Program-made: the position numbers and the translations under genes
Notes under the pieces: generated by a model
Database searches by the model: none
Seen by the model: the letters and a program-made list of their open reading frames with translations, nothing else
Told to the model about the DNA's origin: nothing
In this document: piece after piece, positions 12,801 through 27,119 of the stretch
Layout: each line of letters begins with the position of its first letter
Numbering within the stretch: the first letter of the stretch is position 1
Assembly (NCBI GenBank): GCA_964016885.1
Contig: OZ024747.1
Location: forward strand, 64,170,001 to 64,234,000
Origin: Eledone cirrhosa
Lineage: Eukaryota
DNA: 64,000 nt
Direction: 5' to 3'

Positions 12801-13287
12801 TTATATTATATATATATATATACATATTTTTTATATGTATATATATTTTTATATTATATATATATCTCTATATATATATATATATTATATATTATATTTA
12901 TATATATATATATATAATATATATATATATATATTATATATTATATATATATATATATTATATAATATATATTATATATATATATATTTTATATATATAT
13001 ATTTTTTATATTATATATTATATATATATATATTTTATTATATATTATATATTATATATATATATATATTATATTATATATATATTATATATATTTTATA
13101 TTATTTATATATATATATACATATATATATATAGTATTATATATATATACATATATATATTATATATTATATATATTTTATATTATATATATATATATTT
13201 TATATTATATATTATATATTGTATATGTATATACATATCTATATATTTTTTGTATTATATATTACATATATATATTATATATTGTAT

Positions 13288-13790
13288 ACGGGGTAACAAA
13301 TTATTGTTATAGGTAGTTCACTTAGGTGTAGTCCAGTTATGGTACTCCAGGTAGTGGATGATATCAACGCTTGGCTAAGTTTGACTCAACAAGGCGCTTC
13401 CATAGTGATGCTGCGAGTACGCTGTAATTCCTATGTTGTAACCACTTGGAGTAATAATAAATCAGGAATGAAGAGTGACACGGTTTGCTATACAAAAAAG
13501 CTTTTTAATCTCATTGCTAACAATTGTTTCTCTGAACTGGTAGGTCTTGAGATCGCTATCCGCTTATTTTCACGTTACTCGATCGCCAATACAAAGTTAT
13601 AACCAGTCAGTTGATCGGAGCTTGTTCATCCGATGAACTGACTGGTTATAACTTTGTATTGGCGATCGAGTAACGTGAAAATAAGCGGATAGCGATCTCT
13701 AGATATACCAGTCAGAGAAACAATTGTCATCAATGAGATTAAAAAGCTTTTTTGTATAGCAAACTATGTCACTCTTTCCTGATTTATTAT
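13288..13790. mobile_element. TA-flanked fold-back element with hammerhead-like motif
   Basis: Arms about 13454-13619 / 13629-13790. Unpaired tail 13288-13453 with hairpin tactccaggtagt (13343) / accacttggagta (13441-13453). Confidence 0.8.
13621..13737 (+). ncRNA. Type I hammerhead motif, CCGAUGA core variant with extended stem II
   Basis: Stem I cttgttcat/atcaatgag (wobbles, 1 mismatch); CCGATGA 13630-13636; stem II ctgactggt../..accagtcag; GAAA 13717-13720; palindromic stem III ACAATTGT; GUC ending at 13728. Confidence 0.6.
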
Positions 13791-13829
13791 ATATTGTATA
13801 TATATATATATACATATATATATATTTAT

Positions 13830-13871
<42 letters not shown>

Positions 13872-14200
13872 ATATATACATATATATTATATTATATATA
13901 TATATGTATATATATATATTTATATTATATATATATGTTTTTTATATTATATATATAATTCATATTATATATAGATATATATATTATATTATATATATTT
14001 TATATAATATTTTATATTATATATATATATTATATTATATATATTTTATATAATATTTTATATTATATATATATATATTATATATATATATTATATATAT
14101 TTTATATAATATTTTATATTATATATATATATTATATATATATATATTATATATATATATATATTATATATTTTATATTATATATATAATATATATATAT

Positions 14201-14271
<71 letters not shown>

Positions 14272-14285
14272 TATATATTATATAT

Positions 14286-14353
<68 letters not shown>

Positions 14354-14452
14354 TATATTTATATTGTCATATTATATATATATATTCATCATAACTATTT
14401 TTTATATTTTATATATATTATATTATATATATTTTTTATATTATATATATAT

Positions 14453-14672
<220 letters not shown>

Positions 14673-14674
14673 CA

Positions 14675-14906
14675 TTTTAGTACAGAATTTACGAACATTT
14701 AGAATGCGGCCAAGCTAGCGTATATGCATAATCGTTCTGTAGCTTGAGCACTCAGATGAGGAAAGACCCCAGAGTAATAACATTACGTCAGACAGCTTAG
14801 CAAATCAGATATAGCGATCGGCAGTCCAGCCGCATCACTAGAGCAACGAAAATACAGGACCCAGGAAAAGATGTTATACTGACCCGGACATAGCTGTGAG
14901 GCTGAG

Positions 14907-14910
<4 letters not shown>
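14675..14910. repeat. Family E TA-flanked element (tail hairpin only; related to 34961-35150)
   Basis: agcactc..agagtaataacat(t)acgt..agctt is shared by both loci. Confidence 0.45.
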
Positions 14911-14945
<35 letters not shown>

Positions 14946-15030
14946 TATATACTTATATAATATTATATGTATATATATATACTTATATAATATTATATGT
15001 ATATATATATATATATATATACTTATATTT

Positions 15031-15099
<69 letters not shown>

Positions 15100-15268
15100 T
15101 ATACATATATATATATACATATATATACATATATATATATACATATATATACATATATATATATACATATATACATATATATACATATATATATATACAT
15201 ATATATACATATATATATATACATATATATACATATATATATATACATATATATACATATATATATTA

Positions 15269-15338
<70 letters not shown>

Positions 15339-15341
15339 TAT

Positions 15342-15400
15342 CTCTTTTACTCTTTTACCTGTTTCAGCCATCCGGCTGAAGCCATGCTGGGGCACCACCC
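15342..15400 (-). repeat. Short interspersed repeat 3' tail (..ccagcatggc..tgaaac..taaaagagtaaaagag)
   Basis: A similar decayed copy lies on the opposite strand at about 48730-48790. Confidence 0.4.
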
Positions 15401-15665
15401 TTGTTGCTACACATTTTATCTCCAGCCTGTATAGGTTGGCCACTGGTGTAAGAGGGAGTTTGTTGCTGCTGCCTTTAGGTTTCCCTCGTGTCTTGCTGTG
15501 GTCTCATCCGGGATCCTGGATAACAAGGCGTCGAGATGTTTCTTAAAGACATCCACCTCCACGCCATGCAAGTCTCTCAGATACCTCGGCAGCCTGTTGA
15601 AGAGTTGAGGGCCCTTGAATCCCAGGCTATTGCAATACCTGCTCCTTATTCTAGATGTCTTATTC

Positions 15666-15729
<64 letters not shown>

Positions 15730-15730
15730 T

Positions 15731-15805
15731 GTAGGAGGTGAACTTTGAAATGCGCATAATACAATACATGTAACTCTTTTAACCATCTTTTGATCTTATA
15801 TATTA
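15731..15805. mobile_element. Family B mini-element (both termini, about 75 bp)
   Basis: GTAGGAGGTGA left terminus fused to tttGAAATGCGCATAata..cttttgatcttatatattat right arm, inside (TA)n. Confidence 0.75.
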
Positions 15806-15812
15806 TATATAC

Positions 15813-15848
<36 letters not shown>

Positions 15849-15859
15849 GTATGTATATA

Positions 15860-16075
15860 AAATACAAACACATACAAGTACAAATGTGTACTGTAACCAC
15901 CATCATCACGACTGCCTTTTTCCTTCTTTATACAAAACACAAACACTCACATATACACAACTGTGTACTCTAACAGCCAACATCACGCTTGCCTTTTTAT
16001 CTTTCATCCTGTAAGCACCACCAAATGTAGATCAGAAATTATTTTTTGAAGCTCATTTGCTTATATTTCATGTTC
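15860..16075 (+). repeat. Family A repeat
   Basis: Matches 582-680 and the reverse complement of 12610-12800. Confidence 0.7.
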
Positions 16076-16153
16076 CGATATTTCAGTGTTCTCTCCCGAA
16101 AACATTTATATTGTTATAATAATAAATGCAATCGTTGTTCGTTATATATATAC

Positions 16154-16202
<49 letters not shown>

Positions 16203-16206
<4 letters not shown>

Positions 16207-16657
16207 AAAGTTCTATTTAAAATTGTTGGGATACAACAAGTAAATATTTTTATAACTGATATAAAGCACTCGACAAGTATTTGGAGTAGATATACGATAT
16301 TAATAAATGGAAACTATATTTATAAAACCATATTTATTTCATTATACATATTTCAGCGATACCAAATTAAATTATGGTATGCCTTCATCAGACAAAATAC
16401 AATATATAACAGTTTTACAAATAAGCTTTGACGTACCCTTTTAAAATGCAACCATTATTTTTGGAACCCTTCCGGATGGCTGCCAAAAATAATGGTTGCA
16501 TTTTAAAAGGGTACGTCAAAGCTTATTTGTAAAACTGTTATATATTGTATTTTGTCTGATGAAGGCATACCATAATTTAATTTGGTATCGCTGAAATATG
16601 TATAATGAAATAAATATGGTTTTATAAATATAGTTTCCATTTATTAATATCGTATAT
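16203..16657. mobile_element. TA-flanked fold-back element, near-perfect 175 bp arms, hammerhead in each arm
   Basis: Arms 16290-16464 / 16483-16657 centred on TCCGGA. Tail 16203-16289 with AGCACTC..GAGT (16265-16287). Confidence 0.85.
16548..16612 (+). ncRNA. Type I hammerhead ribozyme motif (intact core); mirror copy on - strand at 16335-16399
   Basis: Stem I tattttgt/atgaaata; CTGATGA 16556-16562; stem II gc.atacca../..tggtat.gc; GAAA 16593-16596; stem III ATATGTAT; cleavage predicted after AUA at 16604. Confidence 0.75.
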
Positions 16658-16904
16658 ATATACATCTGGTTCCTTACCACATTTCCTTCGTTATATATAT
16701 ATATAATGTATATATGTATAGATAATTAATGTATATATATATAATGTATATATATATAATGTATGTATATATATTTATATAATCTCTATATATATAATGT
16801 ATGTATATATATATAATGTATGTATATATATAATGTATATATATATATATATAATTTATGTATATATATATATATGTCATGTATATATATATATATAATG
16901 TATG

Positions 16905-16986
<82 letters not shown>

Positions 16987-16989
16987 ATA

Positions 16990-17152
16990 AAACAATGGAA
17001 TTGTGATGAGGAACCAGAGTACTCAATACTTATGGTAGCAGAGTAGGAAATAGGAAAAGGTATGACCCCGACGGCAGAGCTCAAGCCGTTTCAACGGCTA
17101 TTTCTGTCCAGAAATAGTTGTCGAAACGGCTTGAGCTCTGCCGTCGGGGTCA
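16990..17152. mobile_element. Family C fold-back element (3' half of hammerhead)
   Basis: Palindrome 17063-17152 with apex at 17107-17108. GAAA-CGGC..GCCG-TC at 17123-17145. Tail hairpin 17018-17044. Homologous to 57161-57355. Confidence 0.75.
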
Positions 17153-17559
17153 CTCTTTCTCTGTCACTACCTCTCCTCCCCTTTCTTCCCGTTTGACCTG
17201 TGTGTAATTCTTTTTCTCCCGCACGCTGGCCAAGCTGGTATGAATTTTTTTCTTGTCCATGATTTCACAGAACTTATGTTTACCGAATTCGCAGACTAGA
17301 CCTCTTCTTCCTCCCGCTAGACCTGTGCGAAATTCCTCCTTGCTCACATTTCAACCAGGTTTGATGGTCTTTATTCTCTCGTTCACGATTTCACCGAACT
17401 TAAATTCATAGAAATCTGGAACTTGTCTTTTCCTTCCTCACTTTCTGTTGCTTAACCATTTTGTTTGTTTACCCTCGCGTCCCCTTTATTTACGTGTCCC
17501 AACGACTTTTTTTAGCCGTTGGTCTTTCCAATTGCTAATACTATCTATCGGTCGCAACT

Positions 17560-17937
<378 letters not shown>

Positions 17938-17980
17938 GTAACGTGATAGATAGAACGTATAGGAATTATAATAGGAATTA

Positions 17981-18168
17981 TAATTGTTTCTACTTTTGGC
18001 ACAAGGCCAGCAATTATCCCAGTGTATTACTGGTACTTTATTTTATCGACCCTGTAAGGATGAAAGGCAAAGTTAACCTCGGCTGGATTTGAATTCAGAC
18101 CATAAAGGGCCGTAACTCTGTGCTGCAAAGCATGGCGTCCGACCCTCTACTGATACTGCCAATCCACC
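17981..18168 (-). mobile_element. SINE S1
   Basis: S1 reverse complement, TSD tataggaattataat. Confidence 0.85.
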
Positions 18169-21100
18169 TATAGGAATTATAATAGTAATATATATAGAAG
18201 AAAGCATTCTCCTTGGTCAATAAGTGCTATGAAATGTCAGACCTGTTTTCCATGTTCTCGAAAATACGAAAGCAACAAAAATAAAGACATCGAAGACATG
18301 TTAAATTGTATACCAGTATTAATTACTGTATATTTTATTTATTTTTCTTTAGTTAATCAATTAAGTATAAAACCAATAAATACTGCAGATATACATTTAT
18401 AATTTCATTATTCTCCAAATCTCATTTGTAGGAACAGAATGGAGACCAGTAAGACAAAACATTGGTTTCATGTTTTAATTTACTGAAAGATATTAATTCT
18501 CTAAATGCGACCATGTCTAACTAATTTCAAATAGATTCTATTTGAATTTCCGAATTTTATTAAACCGTATTTTTCTCCAATTCAAACCCAGATTATTTTT
18601 CAATTCAAATAAGGAAACAGCCGAATTCTAACAAAAATACACACATGAGATCGTATACAATACGTCTCTTTTTTAATTCATTAAACTAAAGCAAACGCGT
18701 ATGGACAATCAGTTGCTTAACATTTTGGTTTAAAACGTATTCAAATAATACTTCTCTGACTTAATGGGTTCTATAATATATGGGAATAACATATAAACAA
18801 GACAATACTCGATATAGAATGGAATTTTAAATTGGAATTGTGAGAAAGCTAATTCAGATATAAATAAATAATGACTATACAAGATGAATTTAACAATATC
18901 ATCTCGAAGGGACATATTAAAACACTGAGGTTTTATAAATAAGTTCCACTGAATAATGAGGTCGGTTTTACTTTAAAATCTTTTTTTCTAATTCATTTGA
19001 AATATTTGGATGGCGAAGTAAAATGGAGGTTATATGTGATCATGATGAATCGTGTTATCAATCATTTATGTTAGAGTCCTAGTTGTACCAAGTATATAAA
19101 AATACAAAGGTACCAGATTCAAATCCTGCACCTGCAACTTTCTAAAGACAAACCAACTGAACAAAAGGTAAAGAACATTAGTAGTCGCAAACAAACAATC
19201 CAATCGGAATTGTAATTGCACGGATGAATTGGATAGATAAAAATTTTATTTCTCATTCTCAATTATTTTAAAGAAGATTAAAGAAGTATATATGTATATA
19301 TGTCAGGTCACTATTGGGTGCTACTGGTAGCATGTAACCCAGTACAACCTGTCGCATGGCTGGGTCGTCGGTGACTAAACCGGCAACCCCACCAAGTTTG
19401 AGGAGGGTGATTTTGGACACCCTGCAGGATAAAAAACAAAATCTGACAAAGGAGGAAGAACTCATAAGAGTCAACGACCATCTTAAAAGAAAAATCCTGC
19501 CAAATCAATGGGTTGCAGTAGTTCCAGCTGCACTCATCGAAAGACTGGTGTAGGGGTTCTAAGAACAATGTGGCTTTGTAGATGATCAATGTAAATTGAC
19601 AATAGAAATGTCCTCCCACTCGAGTTAGAAGAGAACTACTGACCTTCAGGAGAAACAGCGACCTCTGATTGTATTCAGCAAGCGAAACAAATATGAATGC
19701 TCCTAGGGACGGCCCTGTTTCTTCTTATTTGTAAGTGTAAACTCGGCCAGATTAGATTAGATGATGGCCTAACATTCGTTACAATAAGAAATATGTAACA
19801 TATATTTATCTTGCTCTTTAATACTAGAGTGAATATATTAAATTCGATTTATCCAGTTTCATACATAATTTTCACTTCGTGCAATTTGCTTTACACAATA
19901 ATTTTAAATCTGTGCTGCAAAAAATAATGAAATATTCTCCAAACTAAAACCTACCAACGGCTAGGAAACTGATGCACATCCTGGAGACATATTCAGTCTA
20001 AAATACGTAAATGTAGATATAACTTTCAATACGATAAAGTCATTTTATATATATGAATGTCCATCACGATTCGTTACATATTTGTCGCTTATGAATGTAA
20101 ACCTTACACAGAGAAATACATTTGTTGTTTTATAATCCAAGGCAGACATGTAAGTGCAAAGTTATGTGTAGGAACTCTCCAGACATAAATACCATATCTG
20201 TGTTTTTCAGAATCCTAAGTGTCATTTAAAAGAGATTTTACTGCTAATTCTAGCAGAAGAAACACAGCTTTACGAGAGGCCACAATAAAGTAGCGATAAC
20301 ATCGGTGACCATCAGGTAGTCGATCACGTGTGAAATATATTTGCTGAAAAAATTCTTAGAATAAAAATTGAAAAAATAAACTAAGAAAAAGAATTATTGT
20401 TGCTGTTTTGGTCGTTCTTGGTGGTTTTGATATTGTTCTTCCAATTAACCTTTCTTCCTCCATCAACTTTCTTCATAATTCTTTTCCTTGTATAAATTCT
20501 TTTTTTCTTCGTTTCTCCCTCCAAACTCCTATTCCTTCACCATCTTTCATCTTTGTATTTTTCTTTTCCTCTCTTATACGTTTACATAATATTATTTTTG
20601 TTTTAGCCATATCTACTTTGAATGTGATATCACTTTTTCATTAAACTTCCATTATTCTTGATGATCCTAAGAAATGTTGCTGTCGCGTGGATCCTGCGCT
20701 GGCATGCGTTCCCTAGTTGCCTACTCAAGACATAAAAAAGTATGATTTTCACTCAGCAGGCAATGTCATGATCATTCGAATTGGCAGAGTTGTCAGAGCA
20801 TAACTTGCAGTATTTGTTCTTGTTCTTTGCGTTCGGAGTTCAAATACCTCTGCAGCCGACTTAGGTGGTAGAGTTCATACATCGTTCAGTTGGTAAGCGT
20901 AAACTATAATTCAAATGCATTTAACTGGCTCGATTCCGTTGGAAGTATTTGGATCAGGTTTTCATTGATTTCATTTTATTACTTTGTCCCTGAAGCTCTG
21001 AATCGAGCTGCCTAAATAATGGAAGACTAAACAGGAAAAGGTTGCTTGACTACACAGTGAAAACTATAATCAACTCAAATGCACACAAGTATAGTATGCG

Positions 21101-21559
21101 ATAGTTGATAAGATAACCATTTCACTCAACACATCATTACAATAAACAATGTTATTTGTTTGAAATTGGGATCGGAGGTTGCTCATGTTTACCACTTTAT
21201 CTGAGGAGAACTAGCATATTTTCATTGACATTGCAGCTTGAATTACTTTTCTCTATCTTCTTTTCAAAGAGCGTGTCTAAAAACATATTATCCAAAATGT
21301 TCGTAGTTTTCGTGCTAGAATGAAAATGCACCTTGTCGGGAAGTTCGGCTGCTATTTCAAATATTGATAATTTCTAGGCTAGAAACAACAATAGAGACTT
21401 GGGTGAGGGAAAGTCCATTACATTCACCCCAGTACTTTAATAATAACCCCAGTGGGATTTGAACTCAGAATGACAAAAAGCTAGAGTAAATACTGTATAG
21501 TGTTTTCTACATCTTTATACATACTAAGCCCAAATAGTGCCCTCTATAATAATTATTAA

Positions 21560-21815
21560 GGGTGTTAGACTTACGATCATAATGTCGTGGATTCGATTCC
21601 TGGGTTGCGTGTTGTTCTTAAGCAAAACACTTCATTTCACGTTGCTCCAGTATACTCAGATAAAAATGAGTACCATCAATATCTGGGAGTTTAACCCTGC
21701 GATGGGATGGCGTTCTGTCCAGGGGGAAGTCTTGTACTCTCAGTCGCTTCATGCCATGAAACCGGGTTTAAGCACCGGCCAAATGAGCCTTCTGGCTTAA
21801 GACAGATTTTAGACC
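21560..21815 (+). mobile_element. SINE S2 with 3' tail
   Basis: ggattcgattcc, gttgttcttaagcaaaacacttcatttcacgttgctccag. The tail gtactctcagtcgcttca..ttctggcttaagacaga also occurs at 32495-32565. Confidence 0.6.
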
Positions 21816-22763
21816 TGTTACCATTTTAGGCGCAAGATTAATGTAAGGGTGGGTAGATCTGATTAAATCGACATCAGTATTAGACTGGTACTATATTTTA
21901 TGAACCCAATAAGGATGAGTGTCTATGCTGATTCAGGATAATTTGAACTTAGAATATATAGATCTGGAATAAATAAGGCAAACTAATTTTTTTCCACTTT
22001 ACTTACTCAACCAATATATAGCCCTGCATAATAATACTATATAAGAATATAAGTCTAGCAGAAACAATAAACAAATATAGAAGTTTAGATATTTCCTTTC
22101 ATTTAAAAGTTCAATATAACATATATAAGTTGAATAGTGAGTTTCATCAAACAGTCAATGTTGAATTTCTATATTTTATGCTCTAGCAGTGAGCAGCAAT
22201 ATCAAAGGAAGATATAGCAATGTTGATATTGAATAATGCTATCAATTGTGAGATATGATGAACATTTGACTACTGTCTGTAAATCAGGCTTTTCAAAACC
22301 GTTATTGATTCTATAGAAACATTTGCAATCTATCCCACTTGTCAGCACTTTTTTCAAAGAACTGATGTGTTTCTGTAATATACTCTACTTCAAAATCTCG
22401 GTTCCAACCAACAGGACTTACTTGGCGTCTTGTAATAACTATTTGGCCAATATACAAGTGAAGATTTGATGGACGAAAAAAAAAATAAGAAGGCAAGAAA
22501 ACAATAAATATAAACTAAGACAACAAAAAAAAAATACCACGTGTGAATTATATATTAAAGCTAAACCTATTATTATTATTATTAGTAGTATTATTACTAT
22601 TATTATTGCTGTTGTTGCTGGATTTTAGCGCGAAAATATAACGTGCCCTGAATAAGCTCTTGTTCGACTTGTTAAAATATTTGTTTTCTCGCGCACAAGA
22701 TTGATTTATTGTGTTTATTTTACTGCTTTTTCCATCAAGTAATGGCAGGAAACTGAAATGTTA

Positions 22764-22822
<59 letters not shown>

Positions 22823-22857
22823 ATATATATATTTCGTTTCTGAATTTATATATACAT

Positions 22858-22941
<84 letters not shown>

Positions 22942-23039
22942 TTATATATACACTTGTGTATATATGTATATATATATATACATATATACATACACTTGTG
23001 TATATATGTATATATATATACATATATAAAAACAGTTGT

Positions 23040-23120
<81 letters not shown>

Positions 23121-23569
23121 TATATATATATTACTATATATATATATATAAATATATATACATACATACATACATTTATATATAAATGAATGAGTGTGCG
23201 CGTGCGTGCGTCTGTCAATATATTTAGTACGATAGATTGTTATTTGCTTCTGTCTTCCTGATGGAAACAGTTTTAGAAATGGTTTCAGTAAAGATGTTTG
23301 TGTATCTTTCAGATAATAGTGCTGGCCAGTCCACTTCATTCTTTAATGGGGAGGAAAGCGGAAACTATTGTTAGGAGAAATGATAATAGGAACAATAATT
23401 CCAATATTGATTCCGAATTTAAGCACAAGTCTAGACATTTTTTTGTAGAAGTAAATGTCAATTATATCGACTCTTGTGCTTAGTTGGTACTTTAGTTTAT
23501 TGACCCCAGGGGGATGACTGGTAATGTTGACTTCGGTGGGAATTGAACTGAGATTATACCGATGCGGAA

Positions 23570-23745
23570 CGGAGACTGCTGGTGTCCTCGGCCCTAGGGC
23601 TACATCCCTACACCCCACCATAGGCGCTGAGCTGGCCAAATGCATGTGTGAGCCCCGCGAGCTGGAGTGGCTTTTCCAGCGCGTCTCCCTTGCCGTCCTC
23701 CGGGGAAATGCCTTCTCTATTCTGTCCGCCGGGGCTGTGGAGGAG
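23570..23745 (+). pseudogene. CRE-like retrotransposon C-terminal fragment
   Basis: ETAGVLGP..CEPRELEWLFQRVSLAVLRGNAFSILS, homologous to 7410-7565. Confidence 0.75.
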
Positions 23746-24111
23746 ACAAGCCGATTATATTACGAATTCTGTTGAATATTCTTAAATACGATTATTAAGA
23801 GGTTATGATGCGGGGGTAGTACTTACAAGATTTATACATGTACGCCACAATAATAATAATGATGATTTTTAAATTATGCACAAGACTAGCAATTTGTGGG
23901 GAGGGCTAAAAGACTATATTGGGTCCAATATGGGACTAGTACTATATTTTATCAACGACAGAAGAATGAACGTCAAAGCTGACCTCGGCAGGATTTGAAC
24001 TCAGAAGTAAAGAACCCGAACTAAATACTGGAAAGCAACATATCCGATGGTCTTAAGATTTTGCCTCTCCACAGTTCTTAGTCTATATTATAATTTATAG
24101 TAGTTCATATT

Positions 24112-24330
24112 AATGGTTTCTGATATAGGCACAAAGCCAGCAATTTTGGGGAAGGGAAAAGTCGATTAAACCGACCCCAGTGCGTGACTGGTACTTTATT
24201 TTATCGACCACGTAAGGATGAAAGGCAAAGTTAACCTCGGGGAGATTTGAACTCAGATATTAAAGGGCCGTAACTCTATGCTGCAAAGCATGGTGTCCGA
24301 CCCTCTACCGATACTGCCAATCCACCGCCC
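24112..24330 (-). mobile_element. SINE S1, long variant, full length
   Basis: Perfect 17 bp TSD tagtagttcatattaat at 24098-24114 and 24331-24347. Confidence 0.9.
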
Positions 24331-25301
24331 TAGTAGTTCATATTAATAGATAATCAACATCAACCACCCAGCAAAACTTGAAATCAAATCTTAATACTGT
24401 AAGCTCTTGAATTCGTACTTTCACATTTTAGCCATTTTGCACTTCCGTGAAGAAAAATCAAAGTAATGTAATATTATGTTTCCATAGCGGCTGTTTACCC
24501 GACCCCACCTCCTTATCGATCAGCCCTGATCAAACATATATATCATTAACCGCTTTCCAATTGTGTATTTGCATTTTTCTATGTATATATCTACACGCAA
24601 TCACAATAAAAGTACACAAACGCATGCGCACACAGAGACAAAACATAAGTAAATAGATAAATACATAAATAAAATAGAATAAGAAAACATTACAGGGATA
24701 CAACGGGAGCAACATAGAAACATCACTGATGATGTCACCGATGTGTGTTACGAAAGAACTCGGAGAAATTATATTCATATTTTTAACTGTTGTTCCATCA
24801 ATGATAAGCTGAATTATTTATAGAAATATTAAAATATATTGAAGCGAAACCCAAACCAATCAGAGTATTTTACTATCTTTATCTGGGCATATTAGAACAG
24901 AATGACCCTCACCAAATACAACAATGAAAAATGTAATTAAAGGGAATATATATAAACTTTAATTTCATTTTTTAAAGACATTGTGTTAAGAGTGGGATTT
25001 CTGTACTATTTTTAGATCATCTAGCGGCCACATAGAAGTTTCATTGTAAACTGTATTAGGTGCAGTTATTATTATGAGTAGCGTATACTTTTTCCTTCCA
25101 TCAACAATTTATTTTTGATATTGGCAATGAATATAATCACGATCATTAAAGCTCTTGGAGAGATTCCAAATTGACTTTTGACTTGTGATGGCAATTCTTC
25201 TCCAACTTGTGATTATAATTCTTTCTTGCCCAGCTTACAAGAGGTTGCTAACCTTTTGATGCCGCATACTAATATTCTGAAAACAAAGAAATTTGAGTTG
25301 G

Positions 25302-25351
<50 letters not shown>

Positions 25352-25352
25352 C

Positions 25353-25410
<58 letters not shown>

Positions 25411-25411
<1 letters not shown>

Positions 25412-25503
25412 ATTGTTTCTACTTTTGGCACAAGGCCAGCAATTACCCAGTAGATTACTGGTACTTTATTTTATCGACCCCATAAGGATGAAAGGCAAAG
25501 TTA
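25411..25503 (-). mobile_element. SINE S1, 5'-truncated
   Basis: S1 tail and central block only. Confidence 0.75.
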
Positions 25504-25555
25504 ATAATAAAATGTGGAGAGGAGGCACACGAATTCGGATATATATATATATATA

Positions 25556-26087
25556 TGAAAACAGGGAGAAAGAGACGATTATGAGGAAGAAAAATATATT
25601 TTTTTCCTTTTTTGTTTCTCTCTCTCTTTTTTCTGGGTTAGAAAATGGTTAAAACGAAATCTTTTACTTTGTGTGAAGTGTTAAGGTATTAGTTGATTTA
25701 TTTATTATTTAACAATGGCATTTATTTATCTATTTATCTATTTAATTATTGTCTATTACCGGTTTCAGCATTTATATGCATTATCAAATGATAGTGAAAT
25801 GTATTAGTGTGTTGTTATATACAAACAAGGTTTAAGAAGTGAAAAGAAAAATGAAAAAGAAAAAAAGAACGTGCATAATGTGGAACGCAAAAAGTCAATG
25901 TGGAAGAAAAAATAATGTTATTTACAAGCACAGTCATTGAGGTTAAGCAGTTCAAAATGTGTTAATATCGCAAGAGTGCTTAGTTGAACCATACCTCCTT
26001 CACAGAACCATGGTTCAACTAAGAAACAAAAAAGGAAAGAAATATATTTTTCTTCCTCATAATTGTCTCTTTCTCCCTGTTTTCATA
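25556..26087. mobile_element. TA-flanked element with ~65 bp terminal inverted repeats and a decayed internal hammerhead
   Basis: IR about 25556-25620 / 26021-26087. Minus strand TTGATAA-tgcat.atgct-GAAA CCGG TA at about 25751-25790. Hairpin cttagttgaaccat/atggttcaactaag at 25979-26023. Confidence 0.65.
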
Positions 26088-26384
26088 TATATATATTTAT
26101 ATTTATAGGCAAAAAGTAAACCGATCAACAAACAGGGAAACGATACAGTTCAATAAAGTTATATGTTATATTTAACGCTTGATATAGCAAGGAAGGAGAC
26201 ATATCGTTTAAGGCGTTAGTCGTTTATTTGAAGTTATAATAAGAGATAAAAAAAGGATAGAATCATAGACAAGAGTAAGAAAAGGAAGAAACCCAGGAAC
26301 AGTTTTTGGAGAAAAAGTATGCGTGTATTTAGTAACCCACTCTGTATTTATACATTTATAACTTTATCGTACAGTTCCGCTGCT

Positions 26385-26965
<581 letters not shown>

Positions 26966-27082
26966 AGCGCCGAAACATCCAAGATCCGTAGTAAACAGCT
27001 GACGAAGAGAAACTTTTCTCCTCTTGTTTGTGTCCCGATTACCTTCTAACACTTCGTTTTCAGTAACCACACAGCCTCGCCT

Positions 27083-27119
<37 letters not shown>

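Noticed and set aside
16290-16657. All palindromes being amplification or assembly chimeras
   Set aside because: Conserved termini across dispersed copies, arm mismatches in older copies, and the fixed relation to the tail hairpin and ribozyme argue for biology. Individual near-perfect cases still need read confirmation.
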